64,000 bases of DNA, taken from the NCBI GenBank assembly GCA_963764725.1, contig CAVXTM010000016.1, positions 384,001 through 448,000 of the forward strand, written 5' to 3'. Position 1 is the stretch's first letter. Every line of letters starts with the position of its first letter. This DNA comes from an uncultured Gammaproteobacteria bacterium (GTDB lineage: Bacteria; Pseudomonadota; Gammaproteobacteria; JACCXJ01). Position numbers and translations under genes: made by a program. Under the pieces are notes generated by a model. The model was not told the origin of the DNA and searched no databases. It was given only the letters and a program-made list of their open reading frames with translations. Shown here one piece after another: positions 40,243-51,990 of the stretch.

Positions 40243-41757
40243 TCAGACGTGCGGCACATCGAAAAGCTGGCGGATCCGAGCCAGGAGGCGAGAGACCGAT
40301 CCGAGCTCCGTGCCTTGGCTCTCCCCGCCGACCGACGCCTCGGACCCGCGGCGACGCGATAGCGTCACGCTGATCTCGTCGGCGATGCTCGGTCGATCGT
40401 GCATGAGCTTGGCCAGCGCCGCCTGGCCGACCTCGTACCCCACGACGCGCGTCAGGGCGCGCAAGGTTCCCGCCTCGCCGGCGCCGGTGAACAGGCCGCT
40501 CTCGCCGAAATAGTCGCCAGGCGCCAGCCGGGTAATCTCGACGTCCTGGTCATGCTCGCGGCGTGACACGCCGACCACGCCGCTGCGGATCACCATGAGT
40601 GAATCGAGCCTCGCGCCCTGTTCCGCCAGCACCTCGTCCTTGTGGTAGGCCTTGCGCGTCATGGTCGCGGCGAGGGCCGCCTTCTCCTCTTCGGTCAAGG
40701 AGGCGAACAGGGGCAGGGCGTCCAGCAACCGCAACGCCGTCGGCCGCGGCGCCGGTGCAGGCGCTGCCGCGGGTTGGCCGACGAACGCGACCCGGGCCTC
40801 CTTGGGTTGGGCGAGCGCCAGCTCGGCTGCCTTGGCGTGGCGGTAGATCAGGTCATACACCTCATGCTTGGCCGCCGACGCCGTCGAAAAATCCCTTACG
40901 CGGAACGACAGCTCGAACTCGATCGCCTGCGCGTCCATCGACTTGATCGCCACTTCGGGGGTGGGATCGGGCAGAATGGAATTGCTGTTGAGAAGCACCG
41001 TGTGCATGACATCCGAAATGGCCGACGGCGCCTTCGTCGGTGCCATGCGGATGGTGAGCGTCACCCCATGAGTACGGTTGGGGCTACTGAGGTTGGTGAG
41101 CTGCGCCTTCGCCAGGACGCTATTGGGCAGCACCACGAGATCATTCGATCCATTGAGAAGATGGGTCGCGCGCCAGTGGGTCTCGACCACGCGTCCTTCG
41201 ATGCCGCCGCCCAACACGATCCAGTCGCCGACTTCGTAAGCCTTGCTGAGATTGAGCGCGATGCCGGAGAAAACGTCGGCGAGCGTGCTTTGCAGCGCGA
41301 GGCCGAGGATGATGGCGAATACGCCCGAGGTGGCGATCAGGGTACCGATCGGCGCCCCGAACACGTAGGCGACGACCGACAGGACGGCACCCAGGTAGAT
41401 GACGCCGACGACGAGGTCCTGGATCAGGCGGCCCTCGCGGGGCCGCCGCTCGAAGATCAGGAAGATGCGGGTGAAGCCCGTCAGCACCCAAGCCGCGTTG
41501 AGCCACCAGACGACCTTCGCGAGGGCGACGAAGACGCGCTGGAACGCCGGGCTGGTGTCGGACGTGATCTCGTAGGGAACGATGCCGTGCTGGTGCAACA
41601 GGGCGGTCAGCGCCAGGAAGAACGCGAGCTGGAAGACCAGGCGCCTGGCGGGATAGCGGCGCAGCAGAATGTGGGTGATCACGGCACCCATCACGGCAAG
41701 CACGCCGGTCTGCACGAACGGATCGCCAACGACGCGGGACAAGGTCAGATCGTCCAT
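40243..41757 (-). CDS. MscS-family channel with C-terminal cyclic-nucleotide-binding domain
   Basis: GLALQSTLADVFSG, GDWI...EGRVVE..WRAT, PNS; C-terminal PGDYFGE. Confidence 0.9.
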   Translation of the reverse strand: MDDLTLSRVVGDPFVQTGVLAVMGAVITHILLRRYPARRLVFQLAFFLALTALLHQHGIVPYEITSDTSPAFQRVFVALAKVVWWLNAAWVLTGFTRIFLIFERRPREGRLIQDLVVGVIYLGAVLSVVAYVFGAPIGTLIATSGVFAIILGLALQSTLADVFSGIALNLSKAYEVGDWIVLGGGIEGRVVETHWRATHLLNGSNDLVVLPNSVLAKAQLTNLSSPNRTHGVTLTIRMAPTKAPSAISDVMHTVLLNSNSILPDPTPEVAIKSMDAQAIEFELSFRVRDFSTASAAKHEVYDLIYRHAKAAELALAQPKEARVAFVGQPAAAPAPAPRPTALRLLDALPLFASLTEEEKAALAATMTRKAYHKDEVLAEQGARLDSLMVIRSGVVGVSRREHDQDVEITRLAPGDYFGESGLFTGAGEAGTLRALTRVVGYEVGQAALAKLMHDRPSIADEISVTLSRRRGSEASVGGESQGTELGSVSRLLARIRQLFDVPHV

Positions 41758-41782
41758 CACGGCAGCCCGCAAGTGCTTGACA

Positions 41783-42028
41783 TCACGGCGCCCCCGGCAG
41801 CCACACGATCATTCCCGGCTGCAGTTCCTCGTCCTTCGGGTCGATCGGATCGAGCCTCAGCAGAAAGCTGTTGAGGTCATGGTCGCCGACGGCGCGCGCG
41901 GCACGCCACGTGGCGAATTCGCCGAGCGGCCGCAGCTCCGTGACTCTCGCGGCGATCCGACGGCCGTCGTCGGTTGTCAGGGTCACATCGCTTCCCACCG
42001 TCAGTCGCCCGAGCGCGTTGCCCACCTT
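41783..42028 (-). pseudogene. HlyD-family adaptor C-terminal stub
   Basis: LRPLGEFATWRAARAVGDHDLNSF.LRLDP...LQPGM. Confidence 0.7.
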
Positions 42029-42175
42029 TCATTTCACGCCTTCAGCGTTCGGCAGGGCATAGGCGACGACTGCGTCGCCGTACGTCAGGGTCAGACCGGA
42101 ATGTCCGCCAGCGGCGATGACGATGTACTGCCGCCCATCGCGCGCCAATCGGTGTCGGCGTGGCGATTCGCTGTC
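42029..42175 (-). pseudogene. PQQ glucose/quinate dehydrogenase C-terminal stub
   Basis: DGRQYIVIAAGGH....GDAVVAYALP. Confidence 0.7.
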
Positions 42176-42360
42176 CGGAAGATGATCGCTCGACAAAGCT
42201 CTTTTCCGCTCGCCGAATCTGGGCGAACACCGTGAACGTTCCGTCGGTTCGGGTCCCAGTGAAGCATCGCCGACGACCACGTACCACGAATGTCGTGAGC
42301 CGCATGCAGCGTTTCAGCCGAAACCGATCGGTCGCCCGGACGAGGCCGGATAGCGCCGGG

Positions 42361-43919
42361 TCATCGTCCACGCGGCGGCTCGCCCAGGAAGGACGACTCC
42401 TGCACCCCGGGCGGCGCGATGTCACCGGTGCTGAAGGCGAGCGCGGCCGCCGCGGTGAAGACCGCGCTCCTCGTCTCGGTATCGGCGGTGCGCGCCTTGG
42501 TCAGCGCGGTCTGCGCATTGGTGACGTCGACGAAGGTGGCGACGCCGTTGCGATACGAGTCGATCGCCGCGTCGTACGACCGCTCCGCGGCGGCGAGCAG
42601 CGCGACGGCCGCCTCGCGCTGGCGCAGGGCGACCTTCAGGTCCTCGTAGGCCTTCACGACCTGCCGCGCCGTGCGGTCGCGGGCGAGCTCGAGCTCCTCG
42701 TCGGCGACGCGCCGCTGCGACTTCGGCCACGCCCGAGCCGGTTCTGCGCAGGCCGCCGTCGAAGAGCGGCAGCTCGATCGCATATCGCGGCGCCGTAGGC
42801 GGTTTCGTTCACGCCCGCCCAGCCGGGGATGTCGCTGGTGCGCACGCGGCCGATGTTCTGAGCGACGTCGCCGGCGACGACGATCCGCGGATAGAACTCC
42901 GACTGCGCCTTGCGGATCTCGGCTTCGCGCGCGCGGACCACGGCGACGCGCGCGAGCAGGTCCGGGCGCTGCGCGAGCGCGCGATCGACGAGCTTTTCGG
43001 CGGTGTCCTCGAGCATTGCGGGCAGCGCGACGTCCGCCGAGCCCGGCGATGCGCAGCGGGGTCGTCGGGCGCACGCCCATCGCCTCGAGCAGCGCCATGC
43101 GTGCGTCGGTCTCTCCGGCGATCGCCTCCTGCAGCTCGTAGGCCGCCCGCGCGGTCTGCTCGCGCGCCTGGAGCACCTCCGGGAGCGTCGCGAGTCCGCG
43201 GCCCCGCCGCGACTCGGCCGCGTCCTGCAGCGTCTGCGCCTGGTTGAGCGAGGCGCGCGCGACTTCGACCCGCCCCTGCACGGCGTTCAGGGCGTAGTAG
43301 GCCCGCGTGACGTCGAAGACGATCTTCTGATGCGTCGCGTTGAAGCCGAAGTTCGCGGCGGCCAGAGCTTGCGTCGTCGCGTCGACGGTGGCCTCCTTGC
43401 CGCCGAAGTCGAACAGCAGCCACTTGAGCGTGAGCGCCGGCAGGAAGAACTGCGTGTCGGCGACGAAGAACCCCTCGGGGGTCAGGACGGTCTTGGGAAG
43501 CGGAGACGAGCACGCGCTGGAACGGCCGCGACGGCCTGGGCGGAGAGCATCGGGGCGTAGACGCTCTCCGCGATCCCGACGCCGAGCGCCGCTTCGCGCG
43601 CGCGCTCCCAGGCGACGCGCGTCTCGGGGTTGGTCCGCTGGGCGATGTCGATCAGCTCGGCGAGCTCGTAGCGCCTTGCCCGGGATCGATCGCGGGCGGG
43701 CCGGCGCGCGTTGAGCGCCGGCGCGCGCGGCTCGGCCGCGATTGCCAGCGCCGCGCGGAATAGCGTCGCGGTATTCGGGACGGCCCAGGGCCGCTCTGGC
43801 GCGGGCGGCGATCATGGCGCTCGCGATCGGCGCGCACCCGCTTCTGCGCGGCGCCGGCGGCGAGCAGCAGCGGCCGACACTGCTCGAAGCGGCCGGAATC
43901 GGATGACGGCTGCGCTCAT
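42361..43919 (-). CDS. TolC/MdtP-like outer membrane factor (several frameshifts)
   Basis: Across frames: LAELIDIAQRTNPETR, WLLFDFGG, ALAQRPDL, YRNGVATFVDV..AQ. Confidence 0.72.
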
Positions 43920-46050
43920 GCGGTCCCCGCTGCCCGCTGGAGCGCTTCGACCCGGTCGACGAGCGTCTCGCACAGCGCGACGCTCGCCGTCGAGCCAGTG
44001 TCCCGCCTCGGCTCCCGGATGCGCGACTCGCCGCCCCGAGCGCGGCGAGAGGCGTGCGCAGGTCGAGCGTGCGCGTCACGCACCGCCCGTCTCGATCCAC
44101 CTCGCGACGCCGTCGAGCGCTGCGGCGATCGCCGTACCCGAGCGACGCGCGCGCGCCGCATCGGCGTCGTGCTGCGAGCCGGCGCCCCGGTCTCGCGATG
44201 CCGCTCGAGCGCGAGCCTGCGCGAGCAGGACGCGCCGCGCGAGGTCGATCAGCGTCGCGCACCCGCCGGCCCCGTTCGCCGCTCACGGCGACGTGAGCGC
44301 TTCGGGCTCGAACGCAAAGAGCTCGCCGAGCCGGTCCGCCTCGTCGAGCGCCTGCCAGGCGGCGGCGCGCAGCGCGCGCGGGTCGCCGTGCGCCGTCGGC
44401 GAGCTCGCCATGCGGCGCAGCGCCGCCGCGAGCGACCGCACCATGCCCGCTCCCGGCGCGCTCCGGCCACACGTAGGCGAACACGAGCGCCATCACGACC
44501 ACGCCGAAGACGACGCCGACGAAGCGGTCGCGAAACTCGGTCACGTCCGTGCTGGGGCCGTAGCCCTGCAGGACGGCCAGATAGAACGCGAAGGCGAGCT
44601 GCACACCCAGCGTAGGCGGTGCGCTCGCTGGCCCATCGCGATCCACGCGGCGAGCGCGGTGACGGCGGCGACCAGCAGCACGAGCTGCTGCGATCGACGT
44701 CATGTGCGGCACGAGGAAGACGATCGACGCGAGCGCGAGCCCGCCGCCGATCGCGCAGCCGACGAGGCGCAGCGTCGCCTTGTGGATCGTCGCCCCGGCG
44801 CTGCCGAGCGCCACGATGGCGCAGGTGATCATGCACGTGTGGATGCCGTTCCAGTCGACCGCGGTGTAGGCGACGTAGCAGAACATCGCCGCCAGCGTGA
44901 CCTTCAGCGCGAACTGGGCGTAGCGCGGATTCGTGAAGGCATCGGGCACGAATAGGCTGCCGGCGCGCGCCGGCTGGTCGACCTCGGGACGCTCCGCGAG
45001 CGGCAGCTCGCGGACGACCCGCTCGAGCTCGGCGAGGACGGGCGTGAGCGCCGAGGGCGCGATCGTCGTCTTCGCGGCGGCCGACGGAATGGTGGCGGGC
45101 AGCGCCTCAGCGCCGGAGGAGACCGCCGCGGCGAGACGCTCGCACGCCGCGGCCACGCGCTCGAGCCGTGCGCGCTGCGCAGGGGAAGGCTCGAGTCGGC
45201 AAGATCGGCGAGGAGCGCCGCCGACTCGACCAGGCGCTCCAGCAGGAGGATCTTCGCGGTGCGCTCGGCGCGCAGCGGCTCGACCGACGGATCGCGGATC
45301 TCCGCGAGGCGCACCAGCTTGAGAAGCGGCTGCGGAACCCTGCGCGGCGATATCCGCGCGAGCGCCGCAGCGGCATTCGCGCCTCCGCGCTTGCCGCGGG
45401 GCGCCGGAGCGCGCGCGCGACGGCGCGCAAACGCTCGGCGGCCTCGCGCCGCAGCAGCGGCTCCGGGTCGGCGGGCAGCAGGAGCAGGTTCACGCGCTAT
45501 CGTGACCGACCGCCGGGTACACGATCGCCACCCAGATCCACAGCACGGCGCGCACGAGCGGCTCCGGGTCCGGGAACGAGATCGACGATAGGCCTGGCTC
45601 ACGAGCACGACGATCGCGAGCGAGGAAACCGGCCGGCCCCGACGACGAAGACGCGGCTGCGCGTACATCCCGATGAAGAAGACGAGCGCCATCGCGGCGA
45701 GGCGCAGCGGCGGGTAGTCGATGGTGCACGCGGAAGATGAGGATCGTGAGCGCGATGGCGAAGCGTGAGCGACGACGATCGCCAGGCTGCCTGCGATCGC
45801 GATGGCGACCGAGTTCTGCGCGGTGACGACCGGAGTGAGCATGGTGAGGAAGAGGACGATGAACAGCGACACGGCGACCTACGGCACCTCGAGCGTCATC
45901 GAGGTGACGAGCACGATCGACGCTCGCGACCACGATGCGGACCGTGGCGTTCAGGCGGCCCGGCGTTGGCGCGAGCTCGGCGCGCAGGAACTGCGAGCCA
46001 CGACGGCGGCGGCGTCCGGCTGCGTCGAGCGCTGGCGCCGCGGTCGTCAT
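43916..46050 (-). CDS. MdtO/FUSC-family efflux inner membrane protein (many frameshifts)
   Basis: ELAPTPGR, DYPPLR, DAFTNP.YAQFALKVTLAAM.CY..Y...W.GIHT, LRLVGC, RDRFVG, VWP. Confidence 0.75.
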
Positions 46051-47256
46051 GGCTGCGCTCCGATCAGCGCGCCGCCGTGCGCCTTCTTCCGCGCGCTCTC
46101 CGGCGGAATCAGCGCGACCGCGGAGGCGCCGATGCGGAAGAGATCCGCCGGCGGCGTCGTCGACGCGAATGCGCACCGGAAAGCGCTGCGCCACCCGCAC
46201 CCAGTTGATCGAGCGCGGCACGCGCGGCAGGCCGTTCGCGCTCGCGCCGCCTTCCTCGGGGAACACCCCGAAGCCGATCGAATGGACGGTGCCGGCGAAG
46301 CGGCGGCTCGGGTCGGACATGAGGTAGACCTCGGCGGCCATGCCCGGGCGGATCCCCTTGAGCGCCGTCTCGCGGAAGTTCGCGATCACGTACCAGTTCC
46401 GCGTGTCGATCAGCGTGAAGAGGCGCCGGCCGGTCGCGGCGAACTCGCCCTCGGCGATGTCGAGATCGATGACCCGGCCGTCGAACGGCGCGCGCATGAC
46501 GGTCTGCTCGAGGTCGTACTCGGCCGTCGCGACCGCCGCGCGCAGCTCGCCGAGCTTCGCGACCAGCGCGTCGACGCCGCTCACGGCCGCCGCGGCGCGT
46601 TCGGCGTCGCGCCGGGCGACCTGCAGCGCCGCCTCCGCCGCCCGCTTCGCCGTCCGCGCCTGATCCACCTGCTCGGCGGTGACGTACTCTTTCGCGAGCA
46701 GCGGTTCGATGCGCCGCAGCGTATCCGCCGCCTGCTTTGCCTGGGCTTCCGCGCGGTCGATGTTGGCGCGCGCGGCGGCGGCGCCGAGCTGCTGCGCCCG
46801 CACGTCGCGGCGACTGAGGCCGATCTGCTTCTCGAGGCTGTCGAGCGCCGCGCGCGCGCGCTCGAGCGCGTGCCGGTAGGGAACCGAGTCGATCTCGAAC
46901 AGCACGTCGCCCTTCTTCACGGCCTGGTTGTCGTGCACGCGCAGGCTGACGATCCGCCCGCTTACCTGGGGCGCGACGCCGATCGTGTCCGCGCGAACGA
47001 ATGCGTCGTCGGTGCGCGGCGATTGATCGAGGTAGTAGACGACGTAGCCCGCCAGCGCGATCGCGACGAGGAGGATCCCGAGCCCGACGATACGCCCAAG
47101 CTTGCTGCGGTGGGACGTCGCCACAGGCGTGCTCGGTGTGGGGGGCATGGAACCCGCCATAGGTGCGTCCGGAGTATCAGGAGCGGTGGTCGCCGCGGGT
47201 TTGCCTGGAGTGTCGGTGGTGGCAGCCGCCCCTGGTGCGGTCGGAGTGTCGTGCAT
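46047..47256 (-). CDS. mdtN: MdtN-like membrane fusion protein (frameshift near C-terminus)
   Basis: PRTDDA, APQVSGRI, RAPFDG, ANFRET, LPRVPRSINWVRVAQRFPVRI. Confidence 0.85.
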
Positions 47257-47263
47257 GGCCTTC

Positions 47264-47542
47264 CTATCCCCGGAAGAAGGCGAGCCAGGTGGCAAGGGTG
47301 AACGCGAGCGCGAGTGCTGGATACACGAGTCCCAGGGGACCGATCCAGGGCTCCAGGCCTGCGGCCGCCAGCGCCTGGCGGGCGACGAGCGTCAGTGCGA
47401 TCCCGACGAGGATGCACAGCATCCAGGACGGGAAGTAGGCCCCGAGCACGTTGACCGACGGCACGCGCTCGCACCCGCAGAGCGGAACGCTCGCCGCGAT
47501 GACGTGGGCGCGGCCGAAGGCAGTGCGAGCGATGCCCGTCAT
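47264..47542 (-). CDS. ytcA: YtcA family lipoprotein
   Basis: CGC..PSVNVLGAYFPSWMLC, directly upstream of mdtN. Confidence 0.8.
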   Translation of the reverse strand: MTGIARTAFGRAHVIAASVPLCGCERVPSVNVLGAYFPSWMLCILVGIALTLVARQALAAAGLEPWIGPLGLVYPALALAFTLATWLAFFRG

Positions 47543-47587
47543 GGAAGGTTCCTGCGAAGCTGCAAGAGACGCTGCTGCTCGCGCCCG

Positions 47588-48125
47588 CGAGCACGCCATG
47601 AAAGCGGATGAGATGGAGTTTTGGGCGCGGGACAAGCGCGGCCAGGCGCTGCATGAGCTCCAGGGGTGACATCACGACATGGGTGGTCCCGTCGTGGTAG
47701 GGGCTCTTGAGTTGCAGCACGACATCGCCGGCACGATTGAGTGTCAGTCGTTCGTTGGCAATGGCGGGGCGGGTGATGTAGCGGCACAGGTGTTCCAGCT
47801 GCTTGCGCTCATGGGCAGCGCAGCACACCTCGGCATGGAGGCTGAAGCCCTGCGCGTTGGCGCAGCCCACGGGGTCAATGGCGGCTCTGTCGGGAGGGTT
47901 TGCAAGCTCAGCACTTTCTGGCCCGCCCGCAATGCGGTAGGTGCAGGCTGCCGCCCGCAGGGGCCCGAGCGCGAGATCCGGATCGGTGTCGGCGAGATAG
48001 GTCATGCTCTGCTCTTCGATGAGGAAGCCCTTGCGCGTCAATAATCTCATGAGGCGCTTGATGATGCGCGTGAGTAAGACCTGCAGCTCTCCCGCGGTCG
48101 GGGCGCGCACGGCATGGAACACCGG
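47588..48125 (-). mobile_element. IS91/ISCR-type rolling-circle transposase, internal fragment, degraded
   Basis: TYRIA, GFSLHA, LEHLCRYITRP, LKSPYHDGTTH, LAALVPRP..HLIRFHGVLA. RAGQKVL is displaced to another frame. Confidence 0.88.
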
Positions 48126-48139
48126 CAGGCCCGCGGTGG

Positions 48140-48561
48140 TGCGAACCTTTGGCGAAATGAACAGCCTTCAGCAAGTTGGTTGCCCTACCGGCACCCATGT
48201 GCCCGAGTCCAATGAATTGTAAGCGGCGATTGAAAGTCGGGCACGGCGTCGCGCGCCCTGCGCCACGCTCGAGCCCGATGACTTTCAATCCCGTCTGTAC
48301 CAGTTCGAGGGCCGCCTGCAGAGCGCGCAAATATATATGTCGCTCGAGGTCGTCGTCCTTTCGTTTGTAGGCCTCATACGCACGCACCAGTTGCTCATCG
48401 AGGGTCTCGACATGCGGCGGCAGAAGCCCGTGCAAGCCAAGCTTGCTCCGTTCGTCCTCCGTGAATGCTGTGCCTTTGTTCAACCCTTGGCGGTTCAGAA
48501 GATCCATGCCATGAGGGACATCTGAGGAACCTGATTTCTTTGGTGGCTGTTGTGTGGTCAT
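48140..48561 (-). pseudogene. Mosaic of stubs: NAD-malic enzyme N-terminus + flavoprotein piece + beta-hydroxyacid dehydrogenase piece
   Basis: LNKGTAFT..ER..LGLHGLLPP...ERHIYLRALQ | ALELVQTGLKVIGLERG | FIGLGHMG...NLLKA. Confidence 0.7.
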
Positions 48562-48609
48562 TCTCGTGTTCCTTTCTGTTTCTCTTCTTCGTGGAGCTTT
48601 GTCCTAACC

Positions 48610-48750
48610 TCGGAGGCTCACCTGGTCATGGCCAAGCGGGTGTGCGAATCCTACGGCGATGCATGGATTTGGATGGCCTTTGTGCCCGGTTGGCGGATGG
48701 TGCTGGTCTTTGTGGTGGGCAAGCGCACTCAGGCGAATGCTAACCTGTTG
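48610..48750 (+). mobile_element. IS1-like DDE transposase fragment
   Basis: GDAWIWMAF.P.WRMVLVFVVGKRTQ..ANLL. Confidence 0.55.
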
Positions 48751-49318
48751 ATAGGGGCGCGGATCGATTTTCGCGCAGAGCTGGCCCGCCTTCACTCGCA
48801 TGCTGGCGTTGCAATGGATCGCCTGGATTACGCCGGACACGCGCGGGCCGACAGACGCGGCCGTGGCGGGACCGACGACTCTTTTCGCGGTGATAGCGCG
48901 GGCTCCCGGACCACGTTCGAGCTGCATCGGCATCATCTGGTCCATGGGCTTCATATTGTGGTTCAGATGCGCCATGATCCACAGCGAACCGGCGAGGACC
49001 AGCAGGACGATCAGCACGCCGAAGGCAAGCGCCATGACATTGTTGACGTTGTCTGGAGCCGGTCGTGATGTGGAGGAAGAAGACGAGGTGAACGCCCATC
49101 TGCGCGATTGCGAGAACGACCAGGGCGACTGGAATGCTTGGACCCCAGACGAGTGTGGTGCCCGAGATGAAGAAGGACATGACGGTGAGCAGCGTCGCGA
49201 GCCCAAGTCCAATCAGATAGCTCTTGATTCCCTCGGCGATCTCTGCGCGGTCGAGGCGCTGATCGCCCGGCGCGGCGTCCGTGCGATGGAGGTCACTTGT
49301 TGGCTCGGAGTGGCTCAT
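48750..49318 (-). CDS. cyoD: Cytochrome bo3 oxidase subunit IV, reading into a truncated efflux-adaptor segment (frameshift ~49065)
   Basis: YLIGLGLA, AIAQMGVHLVFFLH, GSLWIM.HLN.NM, then VSGVIQ..C....VKAGQLCAKIDPRPYQ. Confidence 0.8.
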
Positions 49319-49988
49319 GGCGCCACTCCCATCAGGTACACCACGGTGAATATCGCAACCCAAATGATGTCCAGGGCGTGCCAGAACAGGCTGAAGCAGA
49401 GAATGCGCCGGAGAATGTCCGCCCGGTACCCCTTGGCGAACACCTGCGCCATCATCGTCAGCAGCCACAGCAGGCCGGCGGTGACATGAAGGCCGTGGCA
49501 TCCGACCAGCGTAAAGAAGGCCGAGAGGAACGCGCTCCGCGTCGGGCCTGCCCCTCGCGCGACCATGCCCGCGAACTCCTGGATCTCGATGGTAAGAAAC
49601 GCGGCCCCAAGCATGAAGGTCGCGGCCATCGCGCCATAGAACCAGGATCCGCTATGCGCTCGGGCACCGATGTCTTGCGAGGCCGCAGGTGAAGCTCGAG
49701 ACGAGAAGGAACGCCGTCTCGAGCGCGACGTTGCGTCAGGTTGAACAGCTCCCGGCCGCTCGGTCCCCCTGCCGTGTTGCCGACCAGCACCGCGTAGGCG
49801 GCGAAGAAGGCGGAGAACATGATGATGTCGCTCAGCAGGAAAATCCAGAAGCCGTAGCCGGTGATGATGCGCTTCGATACCAGCCCACCGCCCGCGTGCC
49901 CCTCCGTGTGCTGGTGGTACGACGACTCCCGGTCGTGTCCGAGGTGATGCGGGTCGATCTGGCCGACGGCCGCGTCGATGGTGGTCAT
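49315..49988 (-). CDS. cyoC: Cytochrome bo3 oxidase subunit III (frameshifted)
   Basis: [36 protein letters not shown]. Confidence 0.88.
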
Positions 49989-51989
49989 GGCGCCGCCTGC
50001 AGTCGAGCGAGCGCCGCACTGCGCGCGCTTCGGTTGGCTCGATCTATGCGCGCGACTGTTTCCGCTGGAATGATGTACTCGTCCTTGTCCCGCCAGGCAA
50101 AGACGACGAAGGTCGCATAGGCGCCCAATGCGGCCAGGCCCACCATCCACCAGATGTGCCAGATCAACGCGAAACCCATGATCGTTGCGAAGAAGGCGCA
50201 GATGAAGCCGGTTGGGCTGTTCCTTGGCATCTCGATTTCCGCATAGGCGGGCTCCTCGCTGAGCCTCGCCTGCTGGAGGGCCCGCTGCTTCATGCCCCAG
50301 TAGGCCTCTTCGCCCTCGATATTGGGGAGCACCGCGAAGTTGAAGGCCGGCGGAGGGGACGGTGTCGCCCATTCGAGGGAGCGTCCATTCCAAGGATCGC
50401 CGGTCTCGTCGCGAAGCTCCTCACGCCGGCGAATGCTGACGACGAGCTGCGCAATCTGCAGAATTATTCCGATAAGGATGATCGCCGCGCCGCCGGCCGC
50501 GATCAGCAACCATGGATGCCAGGCCGCGACATCGTAGTGCTGCATGCGACGGGTCATTCCCATGAGGCCGAGGACGTAGAGCGGCATGAAGGCGACGTAG
50601 AAGCCTGATGATCCAGCACCAGAACGAGGCCTTGCCGAGTCCTTCGTGCAACCGGAAGCCAAACGCCTTCGGAAACCAATAGGTGTAGCCGGCGAACGCG
50701 CCGAACAGCACCCCGCCGATGATGACGTTGTGGAAGTGGGCCACGAGGAAAAGGCTATTGTGAAGCACGAAGTCCGCCGGGGGCACCGCCAGCAGAACGC
50801 CGGTCATTCCGCCGATCACGAATGTGACCATAAAGCCGATCGACCACAATAGCGGCGTCGAATAAACGACCCGGCCGCCGTACATCGTGAAGAGCCAATT
50901 GAAGATCTTGACGCCCGTGGGCACCGCGATGATCATCGAAGCGATGCCGAAGATCGCGTTGACGTCGGCGCCGGCGCCCATCGTGAAGAAGTGGTGCAGC
51001 CAGACCGTGAAAGAAAGGATACAGATGACCATCGTCGCGGCGACCATCGAGCGGTAGCCGAACAGCGGCTTGCCGGAGAATGTCGAGACCACCTCCGAGA
51101 ATACGCCGAAGGCGGGCAGAATGAGGATGTAGACCTCCGGATGTCCCCACGCCCAAATGAGGTTCACGAACATCATCATGTTGCCGCCGGCTTCGTTGGT
51201 GAAAAAGTGAAAGCCGAGGTACCGGTCCAGCAGCAGCATGGCCAGCGTCGCCGTGAGGATGGGGAACGCCGCGACGATCAGCAGGTTGGAGGCGAGCGTC
51301 GTCCAGCAGAACATCGGCATGCGCATGTAGGTCATGCCGGGAGCGTGAAGCTTCAGGACCGTGGTGATGAGATTGATTCCTGCCAGCAAGGTCCCCACAC
51401 CGGAAATTACGAGCGACCAGAGGTAGTAATCGACGCCGACGCCGGGCGAGTAGGTCAGCCCGGACAGCGGCGGATACGGCAGCCACCCGGTACGCGCGAA
51501 TTCTCCGACGACCAACGAAATATTGACCAGCAGCGCACCGGTGGCGGTCAGCCAGAAGCCGACCGAGTTGAGCGTTGGGAACGCGACGTCGCGGACCCCG
51601 AGCTGGAGCGGCACGACGAAGTTCATCAGCCCGATGACGAACGGCATCGCGACGAAGAAGATCATTAGCGTGCCGTGCGCCGAGAAGATCTGGTCGTAAT
51701 GTTCGGGCGGCAGGTAGCCCGGGGACCGGAAGGCGAGGGCCTGTTGCGACCGCATCATGATCGCATCGGAGAAGCCGCGCAGCAGCATCACCATCGCGAG
51801 CAGGATGTACATGATCCCGATCCGCTTGTGGTCGACGCTGGTGATCCACTCCCGCCAAAGGTAGGGGAGCCATCCCTTCAAGGTAACCCAGGCGAGGACG
51901 CCGATGATCACGAGGCCGACCACGCCCGCTGCGACCAGCGGGATCGGCTGATCGAATGGAATCGCTTCCCAGCTGAGCTTGCCCAACAT
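49985..51989 (-). CDS. cyoB: Cytochrome bo3 oxidase subunit I (frameshift ~50610)
   Basis: [43 protein letters not shown]. Confidence 0.93.
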
Positions 51990-51990
51990 A

